NCBI GenBank assembly: GCA_963745035.1
Contig: CAVUVW010000015.1
Span: forward strand, 256,001 to 320,000
Length of the DNA: 64,000 nt
Direction of reading: 5' to 3'
From: an uncultured delta proteobacterium
Lineage (GTDB): Bacteria; Desulfobacterota; Binatia; UBA9968
Shown piece by piece: positions 61,312 to 64,000 of the stretch. Numbering within the stretch: position 1 is the stretch's first letter; each line of letters starts with the position of its first letter. Under the pieces are notes generated by a model. It did not search any database. It was given only the letters and a program-made list of their open reading frames with translations, and was not told where the DNA came from. The position numbers and the translations under genes are program-made.

Positions 61312-63948
61312 ATGACTACGGGAAACCAAATTCGCAAGTCTTTTTTGGATTTTTTCGCCAGGCAGGGCCATACCGCGGTGCGCAGCTCATCGCTCGTGCC
61401 CGACAAGGACCCGACTCTGCTATTCACCAACGCCGGCATGGTCCAGTTCAAAAATGTTTTTTTGGGCCAGGAGCGGCTTCCCTACGTGCGTGCCACGAGC
61501 GCGCAAAAATGCCTGCGCATCAGCGGCAAGCACAACGACCTCGAGGCCGTCGGGCGCGACACCTATCACCACACGTTTTTTGAAATGCTCGGCAACTGGT
61601 CGTTCGGCGACTACTACAAAGCCGAGGCGATCGAATGGGCTTGGCAACTGTTGACCAAGGAATGGGGGCTGCCCAAGGACAAACTTTACGCCACGATCTA
61701 TGTCGACGACGATGACGCCGAGAAACTCTGGTACAAGATCAGCGGGCTGCCGCCCGAGCGGGTGAGTCGCTTTGGCGAGAAGGAAAATTTTTGGGAGATG
61801 GGCGAAACCGGCCCCTGCGGCCCGTGCAGCGAGATCCATCTCGACCGCGGTCCGGCCGCTTGCGACAAACAGGGCGTCACCGGCCACGTGTGCCGGGTCA
61901 ACGGCGACTGCGCGCGCTACATCGAGCTGTGGAATCTGGTGTTCATTCAGTACAACCGCGAAGAAGACCGAAGTCTTGAAGAGCTGCCGTCCAAACACGT
62001 CGATACCGGCATGGGCATGGAGCGCATCACCGCAGTCTTGCAAAATGTTTTATCCAATTACGACATCGACTACATGCGCGCGCTCACCGCGACCACGGAA
62101 AAGCTCACGGGCAAGAAATACGGCGCCGATCCGGCGGCGGATATTTCCTTTCGCGTCATCGACGACCACGCCCGCGCGGTGAGCTTTCTGATCGCCGACG
62201 GCGTCATGCCGAGCAACGACGGACGCGGCTATGTGCTGCGCCGCCTGCTGCGGCGCGCCGCCCGTCACGGCCGCTTGATCGGCCTCGAACAGCCTTTCTT
62301 GCACGAAGTCGCCAAAACCGTCTCGGCGGTGATGGGCGATGCTTACCCGGAACTCCGCGCCGAAGAGCAGCGCATCCGCGAAGTCATTCGCAGCGAAGAA
62401 GAACGCTTCGGCGAGACCCTGGAAAAAGGATTGGCTCTTCTCGAAGAAGCGACGGCGAAACTCAAGAAAGAAAAGAACCAAGTGCTGTCGGGCGATGTGG
62501 CGTTCCGGCTCTACGACACCTTCGGATTTCCCCTCGATCTCACGGAAGACATCTTGCGCGGTGAATCCATGTCCGTGGACCAAGCGGGCTTTGAAGAGCT
62601 CATGCAGGCGCAGCGCACGCGGGGACGTGAAGCGCGCGAGACGGCCAGCATGGAATCGAAGATTCAGCTGGACCGAGAAGTCCGTTTTATCGGCTACGAT
62701 CGGCTCGAAGGGGAGTCATCCGTTTTGGCCATTTACGCCAACGGCGCGGGCCGAAACGAAGCCGTGGAAGGCGATGAGATCGAGCTGCTCACGGCCGAGA
62801 CGCCTTTTTACGGCGAATCAGGCGGGCAGATCGGCGATCGCGGCACGATCACGACCGCGCGTGGAGATGTGATTGAAGTCATCGACACGCATCATCCTAC
62901 GCCGCAACTTACCGCCCATCGCTCGCGAGTCAAAAAAGGCCGCGTCCAAGTCGGCGACAAAGTTCAATTGGCCGTCGATCCGAAACATCGCCAGAAAACC
63001 AAGCTCAATCACTCCGCCACCCATATTCTCCATTCCGTCTTGCGCCGGGAGTTGGGTCAACATGTCCGTCAGGCCGGCTCGTTGGTCACACCCGAGCGAC
63101 TGCGCTTCGACTTCAACCACGGCGGCGCGATCGCGGATGAACAACTCGCACTCATTGAAACACACGTCAACCAGCACATTCGCGAGGATGCGGACGTCTC
63201 GATTCAGGAAGTGAGCTACGACGAGGCGATCCGCCACGGCGCCCTCGCCTTTTTCGGCGACAAGTACGGCGATCGAGTGCGCGTCGTCAAAATAGGCGAC
63301 ATTTCCACCGAGCTTTGCGGCGGCACCCATGTACGCGCTTCCGGGGAGATCGGCATATTCAAGCTCCACTCCGAAGGCGGCGTGGCCGCCGGGGTGCGGC
63401 GGGTCGAGGCCTTTACCGGCCAGGGCGCGTTGGATTTGATTCACAGCTACGAGCAGCGCCTCAAAGAGATCGGCCAGTTGGTGCGCGGCGGCAGCGACGA
63501 TGCGGTGGATAAAATCAAGAAACTCTTGGAGCGCCAAAAAGAGCTTGAGAAGGAAATCGACAAGCTGCGCGGCCAATTTGAAAAGGACCAGATCCCCGAG
63601 CTGCTGGCGAGGCAAAGGTCCGTCAACGGCACCAAGTTTCTCGTCAGCCAAGTCGACGGCGTCGACGCCAAACAGCTCCGCGATCTCGCCGACCAGCTCA
63701 AAGAGAAACTCGGCGCCGCGGTCATCGTCCTGGCGAGCGCCGGCCAAACGAACGTCAACCTGGTCGCCTCGGTCGGCGGAGAGCTCACTAAGCAATATCA
63801 TGCGGGAAACATCATCAAGGAGCTTGCCGGCATGGTCGGCGGGGGAGGGGGAGGCAGGCCGGATTTTGCTCAGGCCGGCGGCAAGGACCCGACCAAGATC
63901 GACGCGGCGCTCAAGCGCGCAGAAGAGCTGGTTCGCCGCGGAAAATGA
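61312..63948 (+). CDS. alaS: Alanine--tRNA ligase
   Basis: DPTLLFTNAGMVQFK, HHTFFEMLGNWSFGDY, DTGMGMER, HSATH, ELCGGTH, GGGGRPDFAQAGG. Confidence 0.99.
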   Translation: MTTGNQIRKSFLDFFARQGHTAVRSSSLVPDKDPTLLFTNAGMVQFKNVFLGQERLPYVRATSAQKCLRISGKHNDLEAVGRDTYHHTFFEMLGNWSFGDYYKAEAIEWAWQLLTKEWGLPKDKLYATIYVDDDDAEKLWYKISGLPPERVSRFGEKENFWEMGETGPCGPCSEIHLDRGPAACDKQGVTGHVCRVNGDCARYIELWNLVFIQYNREEDRSLEELPSKHVDTGMGMERITAVLQNVLSNYDIDYMRALTATTEKLTGKKYGADPAADISFRVIDDHARAVSFLIADGVMPSNDGRGYVLRRLLRRAARHGRLIGLEQPFLHEVAKTVSAVMGDAYPELRAEEQRIREVIRSEEERFGETLEKGLALLEEATAKLKKEKNQVLSGDVAFRLYDTFGFPLDLTEDILRGESMSVDQAGFEELMQAQRTRGREARETASMESKIQLDREVRFIGYDRLEGESSVLAIYANGAGRNEAVEGDEIELLTAETPFYGESGGQIGDRGTITTARGDVIEVIDTHHPTPQLTAHRSRVKKGRVQVGDKVQLAVDPKHRQKTKLNHSATHILHSVLRRELGQHVRQAGSLVTPERLRFDFNHGGAIADEQLALIETHVNQHIREDADVSIQEVSYDEAIRHGALAFFGDKYGDRVRVVKIGDISTELCGGTHVRASGEIGIFKLHSEGGVAAGVRRVEAFTGQGALDLIHSYEQRLKEIGQLVRGGSDDAVDKIKKLLERQKELEKEIDKLRGQFEKDQIPELLARQRSVNGTKFLVSQVDGVDAKQLRDLADQLKEKLGAAVIVLASAGQTNVNLVASVGGELTKQYHAGNIIKELAGMVGGGGGGRPDFAQAGGKDPTKIDAALKRAEELVRRGK

Positions 63949-64000
63949 CTCCGATCGCCTGTCGCAAAAGCCGCGCACAAAACGGACGTCGGAATCCGGG

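Noticed and set aside
62818-63978. Long antisense ORFs (here opposite alaS, also 683..1642 and 53467..54711)
   Set aside because: Expected shadow ORFs in high-GC coding DNA; no recognisable motifs

Overview
GC-rich bacterial chromosomal window. The gene content and style (many NitT/TauT-type solute-binding proteins, amidohydrolase-2, LLM, UbiD and TPP enzymes) recall Candidatus Binatia-type genomes; this is an inference. Bases 1-35 kb are a catabolic/uptake accessory region. Bases 35-50 kb are a copper/thiol/selenium redox region, 50-56 kb a DUF58/vWA cluster, and 56-64 kb housekeeping genes (M23 peptidase, pgpA-cinA-thpR-recA-recX-alaS). Many genes carry single-base frameshifts in patches, most likely long-read consensus errors. 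The ORF track misses two probable selenoproteins, each with an in-frame UGA at the active site followed by a SECIS-like hairpin. One is a GrdB-type reductase subunit with an unusual U-x-x-S-x-x-S motif, paired with a GrdE-like gene and without grdA/C/D nearby. The other is a signal-peptide-bearing rhodanese (VVLY-U-AC) in a SCO-VKOR/Trx-rhodanese-queC run, whose Cys counterpart (VVLY-C-DC) lies 13 kb upstream in a His-rich beta-propeller/CopC/CopD-cytochrome c operon. Also notable are a three-domain ASK-type/TPR/SLOG-like protein, an unexplained N-terminal domain on an extradiol dioxygenase, and many distinct palindromic or inverted tandem-repeat intergenic elements.
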